This document shows positions 9,401-16,112 of a stretch of DNA of 64,000 bases, in pieces. Origin of the DNA: Victivallis vadensis (GTDB taxonomy: Bacteria; Verrucomicrobiota; Kiritimatiellia; UBA8416; CAMCYG01); contig CAMCYG010000001.1 of NCBI GenBank assembly GCA_945883775.1, positions 606 through 64,605 of the forward strand, given 5' to 3'. A program made the position numbers and the translations under genes. Numbering within the stretch: the first letter of the stretch is position 1; every line of letters begins with the position of its first letter. The notes beneath the pieces were generated by a model. It was not told the DNA's origin and searched no databases. It worked only from the letters and a program-made list of their open reading frames with translations.

Positions 9401-11959
9401 CCAGAATCCCAGCGGGGTCTGCGCCATCAGCCAGCCGCCCAGCAACATCAGCAAAAGAGCCGGCGGCACTAGACTGCGCCGCAAATTGTCGAATATCTTC
9501 CACCATCCGATTGCACCTATTGTATTAGGTAGTCGCTTTTTGGCCGGTCCAAGAACATGCGGCATAAGCCAACCGGCAATCTGCCAATCTCCCCTGATCC
9601 AGCGATGACGCCGGCTCATTTCGGCAAGGAAACTGTAGGGATGATCCTCATGCAGCTCCACATCAGTTACCAGCGCAGACCGTGCATATCCGCTTTCCAC
9701 CAGATCATGGCTCAGGATGATATTCTCAGGAAAGCGTCCTGCAGTGGCCTGCCTGAACGCATCCACATCATAGATGCCTTTACCGACATAAGAACCCTCG
9801 GCAAAGAGGTCTTGATAAACATCGGACACTTCGCGCGTGTAAGGATCAATACCGGCTTCGCCAGCGCTAAGTTGCGCGAATCGAGAACGATTTGCCGAAA
9901 TCAGGCTGATAGGAGTACGCGGCTGAAGAATGGCATAGCCCTCAACCACACGGCCCCCTATCGGCTCAAATATCGGACGGTTAAGAGGATGCGCCATCGT
10001 ACCTACCAGCTTACGGGCTGCATCGCGAGGTAAACCCGTATCAGTGTCCAAAGTGATGACATATTTTATGGTAGGCAGAATCAGCGGCTCGCCTATTATC
10101 TCGGCAAACGGTTCTCGAGTGCCGCCGCGCAGCAATTCATTGAACTGCTCGAGCTTGCCACGTTTACGCTCGTAACCCATCCAGATGAGCTCATGTGGAT
10201 TCCATGTACGAGCCCGATGGTACAAATGGAAGACGGTAACTCCCTCAGGACTGTACCGCGTATTCAGTCCCTTGACCCCATCGCTAACCAGCCGCTGCAG
10301 ATCGGCATCATCGAGCTGTACCGGCGCATGCGCATCACGAAAGTCGGTTAGCAGCGCGAAGAACAAATTAGGATCACGATTCCCCAGATAACGGATCTCC
10401 AGGCCTTCCAGCAAATCGGCAACAGCCTGCGGGCTGGTCAAGAGCGTGGGGATGACCACCATGGTGCGGTCCGACTCAGGTATCCCTTTCGTAAAATCCA
10501 GACGAGGCAGAAGCTTCGGACCAACCATCATATTTGTCAACAAGTTCACCAGCGCTACCGCCATCTGCGACGCACTGACGATGACCAGCAATATCAGCAG
10601 CCAGACCTTCCAGTCATACATCCCCAGCAGACTGACCGGACCAATGACCAGACTGGCTGTAGTTGCCGTAATCAACAGCAGTGAACCGACATAATAAAAG
10701 ACCGGGGAACGACGAACAGTCCTGCTCAGAAGCCGACGAAATGACCAATGGACTTTAACGACGCTCTCCAGACGAGGGAGCCCTTTGTCTATGAGATAAT
10801 ACCCCACATGGGCTGTGCGCGCCTTCGGACCATCACGGCCGGCCGATTCAGCTGCGAGTTGGATCGCAGCACTAGCCACCATATTTTCTGTAATCCCAGA
10901 CTGCCGCGCCAGCGTTTCCACGCAATGGCGATAGCGATCGCGTGTGACAAAATCCATGGCGGCATACACGTCTGCTGGATCGGAACGCAATATTTGTTCT
11001 GTGATACTCAGAGCCTCAACAAATGTCCGCCAGTCCATTACACTGAGAAAACGGAGACTGCTGATGCTGTTACCAATAGAAACTTGATCAACCGCCTGCG
11101 TCTGGTTATCAGCCCTCTGCAACTGCTCACGGGTCAGTCCCTGTTCGGCGAGTCGATGCTGGACCCAGCTCTCTACTGTTGCAAGCGCCGGGTTCTGCCC
11201 CTGCAACCGGCCGCAAAATTCCTCCACGAACTGATTACTGAACGGAGGCTCCGACAAAGCCAGTTCTGCCAACACATTCAGGATAGTTGCAGACTGATTT
11301 TCCGCTGCCGCCAACAGGCGGCCGGCCCACATAAATGCCAGATTCAGGTCCTGGCGCCGCCTGGCAATATGCACAGCCACACGCCTCAGATTCTCGATAA
11401 GCCCCAGCCGAAGCATGATCGGGACAGCCCATAATTCACCGAGCGTCAACGGGGTGACCGTCTGATACGCAGTAACGAAGTGAGTGATATTTTCCGCATC
11501 TACTCGACCATCCACGTGTGAAATCAACTCCAAAGCTATTGCATAGACGCGTGGGAACCCGGCAGAAGCTCCATTCAGCAACCGCGGCAGTTCGCGGCTG
11601 TAGGTGCGGGGCAAATGCAAGCGTGTTACACGGATCTGCTGTTCGATGAGATAAAAGTTATCCAAAAGCCATTCGCCCGCCGGGGCAATGCGCCGCCCAC
11701 CGGCATCTGCATCTGTGACAAGATCATATGCTTGATTAAGCGTCTTTTCATTGTCAGCCAACCTCTGCAACAAACGATTCGGGCCTGGATTATGATCGAT
11801 TTTATGATGTTCTGCCAAAGCTATGGCATGCCGGCGCAACTGTTCCACACTGAACAGCTCCGCACGCAAAGGCGGCTCGCCCGTAAGTGCACGCGTGTGT
11901 CTAGTCCTCCAGCTTTTCCAGCGTACCCGCAGGGACTGTATGTTATTTCTGATACTCAT
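3425..11959 (-). CDS. ndvB: cyclic beta-1,2-glucan synthase (GT84 glycosyltransferase plus GH94 phosphorylase-like domains)
   Basis: 2844 aa from ATG 11959 (MSIRNNIQSL). The multi-TM N-terminal half carries VITLDTDTGLPRD and RRHRWIRGDWQ. The C-terminal half carries GGAYGFRDQLQD and GSGDWNDGMN, which are GH94-like. Size and domain order match NdvB/ChvB/Cgs. The listed start at 12013 is a TTG inside repeat family C. Confidence 0.85.
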   Translation of the reverse strand: MSIRNNIQSLRVRWKSWRTRHTRALTGEPPLRAELFSVEQLRRHAIALAEHHKIDHNPGPNRLLQRLADNEKTLNQAYDLVTDADAGGRRIAPAGEWLLDNFYLIEQQIRVTRLHLPRTYSRELPRLLNGASAGFPRVYAIALELISHVDGRVDAENITHFVTAYQTVTPLTLGELWAVPIMLRLGLIENLRRVAVHIARRRQDLNLAFMWAGRLLAAAENQSATILNVLAELALSEPPFSNQFVEEFCGRLQGQNPALATVESWVQHRLAEQGLTREQLQRADNQTQAVDQVSIGNSISSLRFLSVMDWRTFVEALSITEQILRSDPADVYAAMDFVTRDRYRHCVETLARQSGITENMVASAAIQLAAESAGRDGPKARTAHVGYYLIDKGLPRLESVVKVHWSFRRLLSRTVRRSPVFYYVGSLLLITATTASLVIGPVSLLGMYDWKVWLLILLVIVSASQMAVALVNLLTNMMVGPKLLPRLDFTKGIPESDRTMVVIPTLLTSPQAVADLLEGLEIRYLGNRDPNLFFALLTDFRDAHAPVQLDDADLQRLVSDGVKGLNTRYSPEGVTVFHLYHRARTWNPHELIWMGYERKRGKLEQFNELLRGGTREPFAEIIGEPLILPTIKYVITLDTDTGLPRDAARKLVGTMAHPLNRPIFEPIGGRVVEGYAILQPRTPISLISANRSRFAQLSAGEAGIDPYTREVSDVYQDLFAEGSYVGKGIYDVDAFRQATAGRFPENIILSHDLVESGYARSALVTDVELHEDHPYSFLAEMSRRHRWIRGDWQIAGWLMPHVLGPAKKRLPNTIGAIGWWKIFDNLRRSLVPPALLLMLLGGWLMAQTPLGFWTLFVILLCLLPVLLATLVEVVHKPRERTLLMHLVSTLKSLRRQLAEVGLSLCTLPYRAIINLDAILVSKGRMGFTRRGLLLWHTPRYVKRNNSTTRADFLREMWVSPLFAVVGLIGLALTHPEELSVSGMVLLLWLVSPLVGWWISLPNVQVQSELSEVQRTFLRGLSRKTWRYFEELVAAEDHWLPPDNIQENPEPLIATRTSPTNIGMALLADLAAIDFGYISPGQLLDLTEKTLTAVEQLERYRGHLYNWYDTRTLKPLRPLYVSSVDSGNLAGALATLRAGLLELKIQPVFQQRVWAGLGDTLQMLPSPAFAGLRRKLQAPPPPDLQSALALLQELCNDVTVLSSNVNAEYQWWALALVRQCNAARDDLQLLVPDPRQFDQVPTLQELAGIATVNNPAAARIRRIDRLAQRCTEQAVMDFTFLYDPSRDLMAIGYNVTERRRDPSFYDLLASESRLASFVLIAQDQLPEEHWFALGRQLTTQAGAMALLSWSGSMFEYLMPLLMMPTYQHTLLDQTYRAVVSRHIEYGRQRGVPWGISESCYNTTDAHGVYQYSAFGVPGLGLKRGLADDLVVAPYASVLALMVDPRAACENIEVLAAAGCLGKYGLYEAIDYTSARVPRGRSSVPIRSFMAHHQGMSLLALDYLLLNQPMQRRFLSDLSFKAAELLLCERIPKVASPLQPHAAEVSAARRPPVLDVSTMRVFSSPDTQIPQVHLLSNGRYHVMATNAGGGYSRWKDLAVTRWREDATCDDRGTFCYLRDNATGSLWSSAYQPTRRTAKNYEAIFVQGRAEYRRRDEGIDAHTEIAVSPEDDVEVRRVTLTNFSSRTRSLELTSYAEVVLAPLNVDLAHPAFSNLFVQTEILRDSRAILCMRRPRAPGENPPWMFHLMTTQGTLDGDTSYETDRDKFIGRCRSTANPAAFDEIGPLGDTDGAVLDPMVAIRQSVIIEPDTSANWHIVFGMAATRLEALALIDKYREASFAARAFEMAWSHSQIIRRQLQVTETEVQVYAKLASSVLHANPLHRAGAGILIRNRLGQSGLWAFGISGDLPILLLRIADVHRIALVNDVLKAHAYWREKGLKVDLVILNEDFSGYRQVLQERILGLISSGTEADRMDKAGGIFLRRSEQLSEEERVLLQTVSRVVLTDSAETLAEQVERQVPVVRKVPRFIPTRSQLSTTVAASTQREHLFFNGIGGFTLDGREYVVSLKPGQTTPAPWANVLANAQIGTVISESGGAYTWVDNAHEFRLTPWHNDPVSDTSGEAFYIRDEETGQFWSPTPLPARGNGPYVCRHGFGYSVFEYKQMGISSELWTYVAVDAPVKLVVIKVRNSSGRTRRLSVAGYWELVLGQWRNTNLMHVVTEIDPNTGALFARNVYNREFAGKTVFVNVNAATRTFTGNRTEFLGRNGTPANPAAMRKQYLSGHTGASLDPCAAFHVPFDLADGQEHELVFVLGAGNNSEEAQQLVQRFGSSASARQALESVWEFWKQTLGVVYAETPDPALNLLVNGWLEYQTLAGRYWGRSGYYQSGGAYGFRDQLQDTAALLHAAPWTAREHILRCAGRQFIEGDVQHWWHPPTGRGTRTHCSDDYLWLPYATCRYVKTTGDTGVLDERAPFLEGRPVNADEESYYDMPQRAGEDGTLYEHCVRAIKHGLKYGIHGLPLIGSGDWNDGMNLVGEKGKGESVWLAFFLYHVLQSFAELARTRQDTEFADQCTAQAEELQKNIELYGWDGDWYLRACFDNGTPLGSAQNEECQIDSIAQSWAVLSGAAAPDRARAAMHSVEKRLVRRNSRLIQLFDPPFDKSELQPGYIKGYAPGIRENGGQYTHGAIWSVMAFAKLGETERAWELFSLLNPIRNAMDLDQVNRYRVEPYVVAADIYTIAPHTGRGGWTWYTGSAGWMYRLIVETLLGVQLEAGRLHINPSLPRAWDSFKLHYRHHETFYHITVKRAAPEAARTIRLIVDGKEMAEASIQLVDDHQEHNVEIEVCEV

Positions 11960-11973
11960 ATTATCTGAGCTGT

Positions 11974-12095
11974 TAGCCCGACGCTCTCCTAGCATTGCCC
12001 ATGAGGGCCACAACCAAAGAATTTTCGACAGAATTTACAGAATTTACAGAATGGTAAGATATTATTTTGTTAATTTTGTACATTCTGTCAAAAAC
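11974..12095 (+). repeat. repeat family C, copy 1 (short form)
   Basis: tagcccga...gggccacaaccaaaga...cgacagaatttacagaat...attattttgttaattttgtNcattctgtcaaaaa, shared with 51238-51402 and, reversed, with 27247-27411. Confidence 0.9.
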
Positions 12096-12212
12096 TCCCT
12101 CTCTTAATGGGGACATATTCCAAAGCTGACTTTCAATGGAAGTAGTGTGGAACCCATTTCTCTCAAATGCAGTGAGAAATGCAGGTTTGCGGATACTGTT
12201 CCACAACAGCTT

Positions 12213-12587
12213 CTATATTGTCCCTTTTCGTTTGTTTACGCGTTTTATTTGCGTTACCGGGCCATCCAGCTCTTTTTGCCCAATGAACCATTCATGAGAG
12301 CTGTCACAGACATACTGAGAGAATATTACATTGTTTGTTCCGAAAAATGGCGCCGACTTGACATATACCGATTGTATATAGTAGCCCGTTAATCCACAGA
12401 CAGGGCAGTTTACTATCAATGGCTGAACGGCTTCGCAGTAACTCATTCTTTTCCATGGAAATGACGCTCTCGGATTGGTGTGACTCATGCCACGATGAGT
12501 TGGTATCCAGGAAAGGTTGGCACAGGACATCAACGAAAACATAACTACCCCGACTACAACTGTAGACCATACACTACCTCTAAACAT
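12213..12587 (-). CDS. hypothetical membrane-anchored Cys-rich protein
   Basis: One TM helix (VWSTVVVGVVMFSLM), then a Cys-containing domain (CEAVQPLIVNCPVCG). The start is taken at MFRGS, which has a weak AAGGA upstream. No family recognised. Lies in an AT-rich pocket between repeats. Confidence 0.3.
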   Translation of the reverse strand: MFRGSVWSTVVVGVVMFSLMSCANLSWIPTHRGMSHTNPRASFPWKRMSYCEAVQPLIVNCPVCGLTGYYIQSVYVKSAPFFGTNNVIFSQYVCDSSHEWFIGQKELDGPVTQIKRVNKRKGTI

Positions 12588-12838
12588 AATACTACTATTC
12601 CTTTCAATCATTTCCGATAAGGTGCAGTTACGATAAGAACGGCTCACCGAGACCCATGCTTCGCCTCTTCGTCAAGCTCAGGGCTTCGCAGGGCAGGCTG
12701 GTTCGCCCTACCTTTCCGACATGCCCCCTGCCCCAGTTTACTTCTTGCCTATAATCGCACTCGTAATCTTTTCTGATCGCCGATCAGGGGATCGGCTCCT
12801 ACAAGCGGATAGAACGTTTATGACTCTTCTGACGGTCT

Positions 12839-12972
12839 GGCAAGCATGCGCCGCTACAGACAGATATCTTTCCTCACTGTAGCTGAGCTTGCTTGCCAGG
12901 CCATAGCCTCTTGGCGACGGCTGGTGTCAAGCTCAGGTCTTTTCCGCCGGCGCATGACACATGCGCCGCTAC
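12839..12972 (+). repeat. repeat family B composite (B1-B2-B1)
   Basis: Near-identical to 18852-18975. B2 is tttcctcactgtagctgagcttgcttgccaggccatagcctcttggcgacggctggtgtcaagctcag. Confidence 0.9.
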
Positions 12973-13055
12973 ACTATAAGAACTCTCTCACAGGCGTGCC
13001 CTGCGAAGCACAGGAGCACACAGAGCTCACTGAAAAATTCAGCCTGCTAATCCGC

Positions 13056-13271
13056 TTACTCTTTCTTATTTCCCACGAGCAGTAAGACAATCCCGCCGAC
13101 AAGCGCGAAAGCACCGGCGATTGGCGGGATATAGTGCCTCTCTGTAGTTGCCACATGAACTGGACCCAGATCGACAGATTTTCCAGGGGTCTTTAGCGTA
13201 ATACCCGAATACGCCAGAACGACGATTCCCAATGTTATCAACACAACTGCAATGATTCTTCTCATACTCAT
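13056..13271 (-). CDS. small two-TM membrane protein
   Basis: ATG at 13271 is preceded by AGGAGG (aaaaaggaggataaacATG). The 71-aa product MSMRRIIAVVLITLGIVVLAYSG...IPPIAGAFALVGGIVLLLVG has two hydrophobic helices. Confidence 0.6.
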   Translation of the reverse strand: MSMRRIIAVVLITLGIVVLAYSGITLKTPGKSVDLGPVHVATTERHYIPPIAGAFALVGGIVLLLVGNKKE

Positions 13272-13395
13272 GTTTATCCTCCTTTTTGCAGCAACACACT
13301 GCTGCATCAATATTTAGGTTACCTGCACATGGAGTTTATGCTTCGAGCCGACGCTTTGCCATGGGGTCTAACCCTACCACAGGGGACCGAAAGGC

Positions 13396-13578
13396 GGACA
13401 TCTGTGTTCATTGCAGTTCTGCCGGGACCCTTGCGACCTTGCGTCGCAGGTGAACAAGACTGTTGTATGCTAATCAACATGGAAGGTTGATTAGCGCTGG
13501 TCAACAGTCTTGTTCACCTGCCGGACGAGCCGGCAGGAGTCCCGGCAGAACTGCAATGCGCCCTGGACATCTGTTCAT
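13396..13578 (+). mobile_element. palindromic MITE-like element family D, copy 1, with flanking direct repeats
   Basis: Outer arms ttgcagttctgccggga / tcccggcagaactgcaa. Inner arms caggtgaacaagactgttg / caacagtcttgttcacctg. Three small hairpins. Flanked by ggacatctgtgttcat (13396-13411) and ggacatctgttcat (13565-13578). Confidence 0.6.
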
Positions 13579-13626
13579 GGATGTATTGTCTTGGCAAAGA
13601 AGCAAGCGACAAGCTATTCTTGTCAC

Positions 13627-14133
13627 ATGAAGATCAAGACGATCATAATCAACGACAAGATGCAGAAAGGGTACCGGTACACCCTGTCAAAACCTACAGG
13701 GAAAGACTTCCACCCAGAGTTCAAGCCTGAGCTCACCCCGCAGCAGATGCTGGCGATGGGCGTATTCGGCGGAAAATATATGACTGACTGCCAAAAGGAA
13801 TTTCCGAAGTCATGGTTTACGAAGGCAAAACTTTCGCCTGATAAATATGATCCTGATCTGAACTTCTTCGGTGTAGAAGCATCTAAGCCTCTCTCGTACT
13901 GGGTCGAGAAAGGCTGGATGGACGATGATGACCCACGCGGCTGGTTCCAGTGGTACTGCCGGTACTATATGGGCAGACGCTGTGAGGATGACGAGCGCCA
14001 GATCAAAAGATGGAAGGCTATCAGGCGCCACATCGGCCAACTGAAGAAACACTGCCTGAAAGGCGACCTGGCCTGCCGCCCGGTCCAGCGCCAGGCCCTG
14101 CTGCATTGGGCATACGACAGCAGAAAATTGTAA
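13627..14133 (+). CDS. conserved hypothetical protein (GWFQWYCRYYMGRR...DDERQIKRW motif)
   Basis: 168 aa from MKIKTIIIND. The first 39 codons of the listed ORF (from 13510) lie inside the palindromic repeat. Coding-like composition. I believe the motif block is conserved in uncharacterised proteins, but I cannot name the family. Confidence 0.6.
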   Translation: MKIKTIIINDKMQKGYRYTLSKPTGKDFHPEFKPELTPQQMLAMGVFGGKYMTDCQKEFPKSWFTKAKLSPDKYDPDLNFFGVEASKPLSYWVEKGWMDDDDPRGWFQWYCRYYMGRRCEDDERQIKRWKAIRRHIGQLKKHCLKGDLACRPVQRQALLHWAYDSRKL

Positions 14134-14135
14134 CC

Positions 14136-14164
14136 TAATTTTTCACCTGAATGGTGAAAAATTA
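14136..14164. terminator. candidate bidirectional terminator hairpin between convergent genes
   Basis: Perfect 12-bp stem taatttttcacc / ggtgaaaaatta with loop tgaat. The stem is AT-rich and lacks a classic U-tract on one side. Confidence 0.35.
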
Positions 14165-14224
14165 AACTTTTGCGCGGCAGCCAACGCAAAGACCTAAAAG
14201 TTTGGAGCATAACCAGAAAGGAAT

Positions 14225-16036
14225 CTAATTTTTGCCGACTTTTTCGGCGATCCATGCTGACAGTGCCTTGCCACTCTTCAGGGTCTCGTCCGGAATGGTG
14301 ACGTTATCGCGCCTGGCAAGGTCAGCGGCATATTTCATTTGCGCTTCGCTAGGGCCGCCGTTAACTCCTCTAACCGGTGGGCTGGCAAAGTCCATCTTGT
14401 TGTGAACAGCCTTGCAGAAACGCTGCCAGGTCTCCTTGTTCTCGACGACCTGGTCCAGTATCTCCTCCATCTTGCTGGTAAGTTCGTAATCGATTACCCA
14501 CTTGTGCTGGCTCTTGAGATAGTCGATCAGGGTTTCGCCGGGTGGAAGCGGGACGACTTTTCCTTTCTCTATCCCTACGTACCCCCTATCGGTAATGTTC
14601 TTTGTGATGGACGCGTAGGTGGACGGCCGTCCTATCCCCAGCCGCTCAAGTTCCTTGACCAGTGACCCGAGCGTGAACCTGCCAGGCGGCTTTGTCTTCT
14701 TCTCGTCAAGGGTCTCCTTGACCTTCTGAACCAGCTCTCCAACAGCGACCGGAGGGAGTATCTGGATCTTCTCCTCTTCGCTCTTGTCACCCTTGCGGTC
14801 TTTCTCCTCCTCCGCTTCGGCGTACATCTTTAGAAATCCGTCGAACTTCAATACCCGGCCGTTAGCCTTGAACTTCTCGCCGGACACATCAAAGAGCAGC
14901 ATGGTGGAGTCATACAGGGCTGGCGCCATCTGGCTGGCAACGGCCCTGCGATAAATCACTTCATACAGCTTGGCATGGTCCGAGGAAAGGTTCTCCTCCG
15001 CTATCAGGGCTGCGATGTCGCCGGCGGAATGCATATGGGTCGGACGGATGCCTTCGTGGGCCTCAGCCTGGGAGTTCTTTGATTTGAACTGATTTGGTTT
15101 ATTCGGGACATACTCAGGGCCGAATGTCTTTTCGGTGAACTCCCGGATTTTGGCTACGAACGCCTCATCCATCCTCACTGAATCGGTTCGGTGATAAGTT
15201 GTCAGACCGTGATCGAACAGTGCTTGGGCAAGTTTCATTGTCTGCTCGGGGGCGAGTTTCAGACGTGCCGCTGCGGCGGCCTGCAAGTCTACCGTTGTAA
15301 ATGGCGGCTTGGGCGATTGCCTTGTTTCCTTCTGTTCCACCTTTTCCGCTGTGGCATGGGTCTGGCTCTTGATGGCATCGATGATCGCCTGCGCGACAGG
15401 TTGTTTGTCGAACTTCCCATTGACGTGGGTGGCGAGGAATGTGGTCCCATCCTTATTGAGATGTATGTTCAGTATCCAGTACAGCGAGTTCCTGAACGCC
15501 CTGATTTCGAGTTCACGGTCCACTACGAGACGGACCGCGGGGGATTGGACTCGCCCGACGCTGAAGATCTTGTGGAGGCGTTTGCTTGCCATGGGCGAGA
15601 GGATGTAGCCGACAAGGCGGTCCCCTATCCGGCGCCCTAGAAACGCATGGTACAGTCCCTCGTTGGTCTGTTCAAAAGGGACGGCCTTGGCCAGGGACTC
15701 CTTAAGCCCCTTCTCCGTGACCTCGTAGATCTCCATGCGCAGACATTGCTTGGCGACAGACTTGATCTCTTCGAAGATATGGCGGCTGATGGCATAGCCT
15801 TCGCGGTCAGGGTCGCCGGCCAGCATGACTGTTTCGTCCTTGGCGGCGGCACGAAGCTGGTCGGGTAGATTGGCCTTCTTCTCATGCAGGACGAATACGG
15901 GCTCATACGACTTGAGATCGACCCCTATGTCTGAATTGGGCAGATCCTTGAAGTGTCCGACCGTGGACATGGTCCTCGTCTTCAATATGGACTGTATCTT
16001 TTTTGCCTTTGTCGGCGATTCAACGATAATAAGCAT
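14225..16036 (-). CDS. type IA DNA topoisomerase, short form without zinc-ribbon C-terminal domain
   Basis: Toprim N-terminus MLIIVESPTKAKKI and GDPDREGY. Active-site motif LTTYHRTDS. At 603 aa it ends near the core, and the last 60 aa contain no CxxC pairs. Confidence 0.85.
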   Translation of the reverse strand: MLIIVESPTKAKKIQSILKTRTMSTVGHFKDLPNSDIGVDLKSYEPVFVLHEKKANLPDQLRAAAKDETVMLAGDPDREGYAISRHIFEEIKSVAKQCLRMEIYEVTEKGLKESLAKAVPFEQTNEGLYHAFLGRRIGDRLVGYILSPMASKRLHKIFSVGRVQSPAVRLVVDRELEIRAFRNSLYWILNIHLNKDGTTFLATHVNGKFDKQPVAQAIIDAIKSQTHATAEKVEQKETRQSPKPPFTTVDLQAAAAARLKLAPEQTMKLAQALFDHGLTTYHRTDSVRMDEAFVAKIREFTEKTFGPEYVPNKPNQFKSKNSQAEAHEGIRPTHMHSAGDIAALIAEENLSSDHAKLYEVIYRRAVASQMAPALYDSTMLLFDVSGEKFKANGRVLKFDGFLKMYAEAEEEKDRKGDKSEEEKIQILPPVAVGELVQKVKETLDEKKTKPPGRFTLGSLVKELERLGIGRPSTYASITKNITDRGYVGIEKGKVVPLPPGETLIDYLKSQHKWVIDYELTSKMEEILDQVVENKETWQRFCKAVHNKMDFASPPVRGVNGGPSEAQMKYAADLARRDNVTIPDETLKSGKALSAWIAEKVGKN

Positions 16037-16112
16037 TGATCATGACACCTTATAACAGCCAGAGATGCCATCGTTGAAATCCAGCATGACCTTATCCATT
16101 CGCCCGCCTTAG

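Noticed and set aside
3479-11968. Many plus-strand ORFs of 60-228 aa inside the ndvB region, for example 4811..5425, 9557..10033 and 10748..11434.
   Set aside because: They are antisense shadow ORFs of a 2844-aa gene with clear family motifs. Their products are Arg/Pro/Ser-rich with no recognisable motifs.
11960-12013. The 18-codon N-terminal extension of the ndvB ORF (MWPSWAMLGERRANSSDN).
   Set aside because: It starts at a TTG and is encoded by repeat family C sequence found at two other non-coding sites. ATG 11959 gives a sensible start.
13510-13626. The N-terminal 39 codons of ORF 13510..14133.
   Set aside because: They lie inside the right half of the palindromic MITE-like element and begin at a TTG. 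The coding signal starts at ATG 13627.
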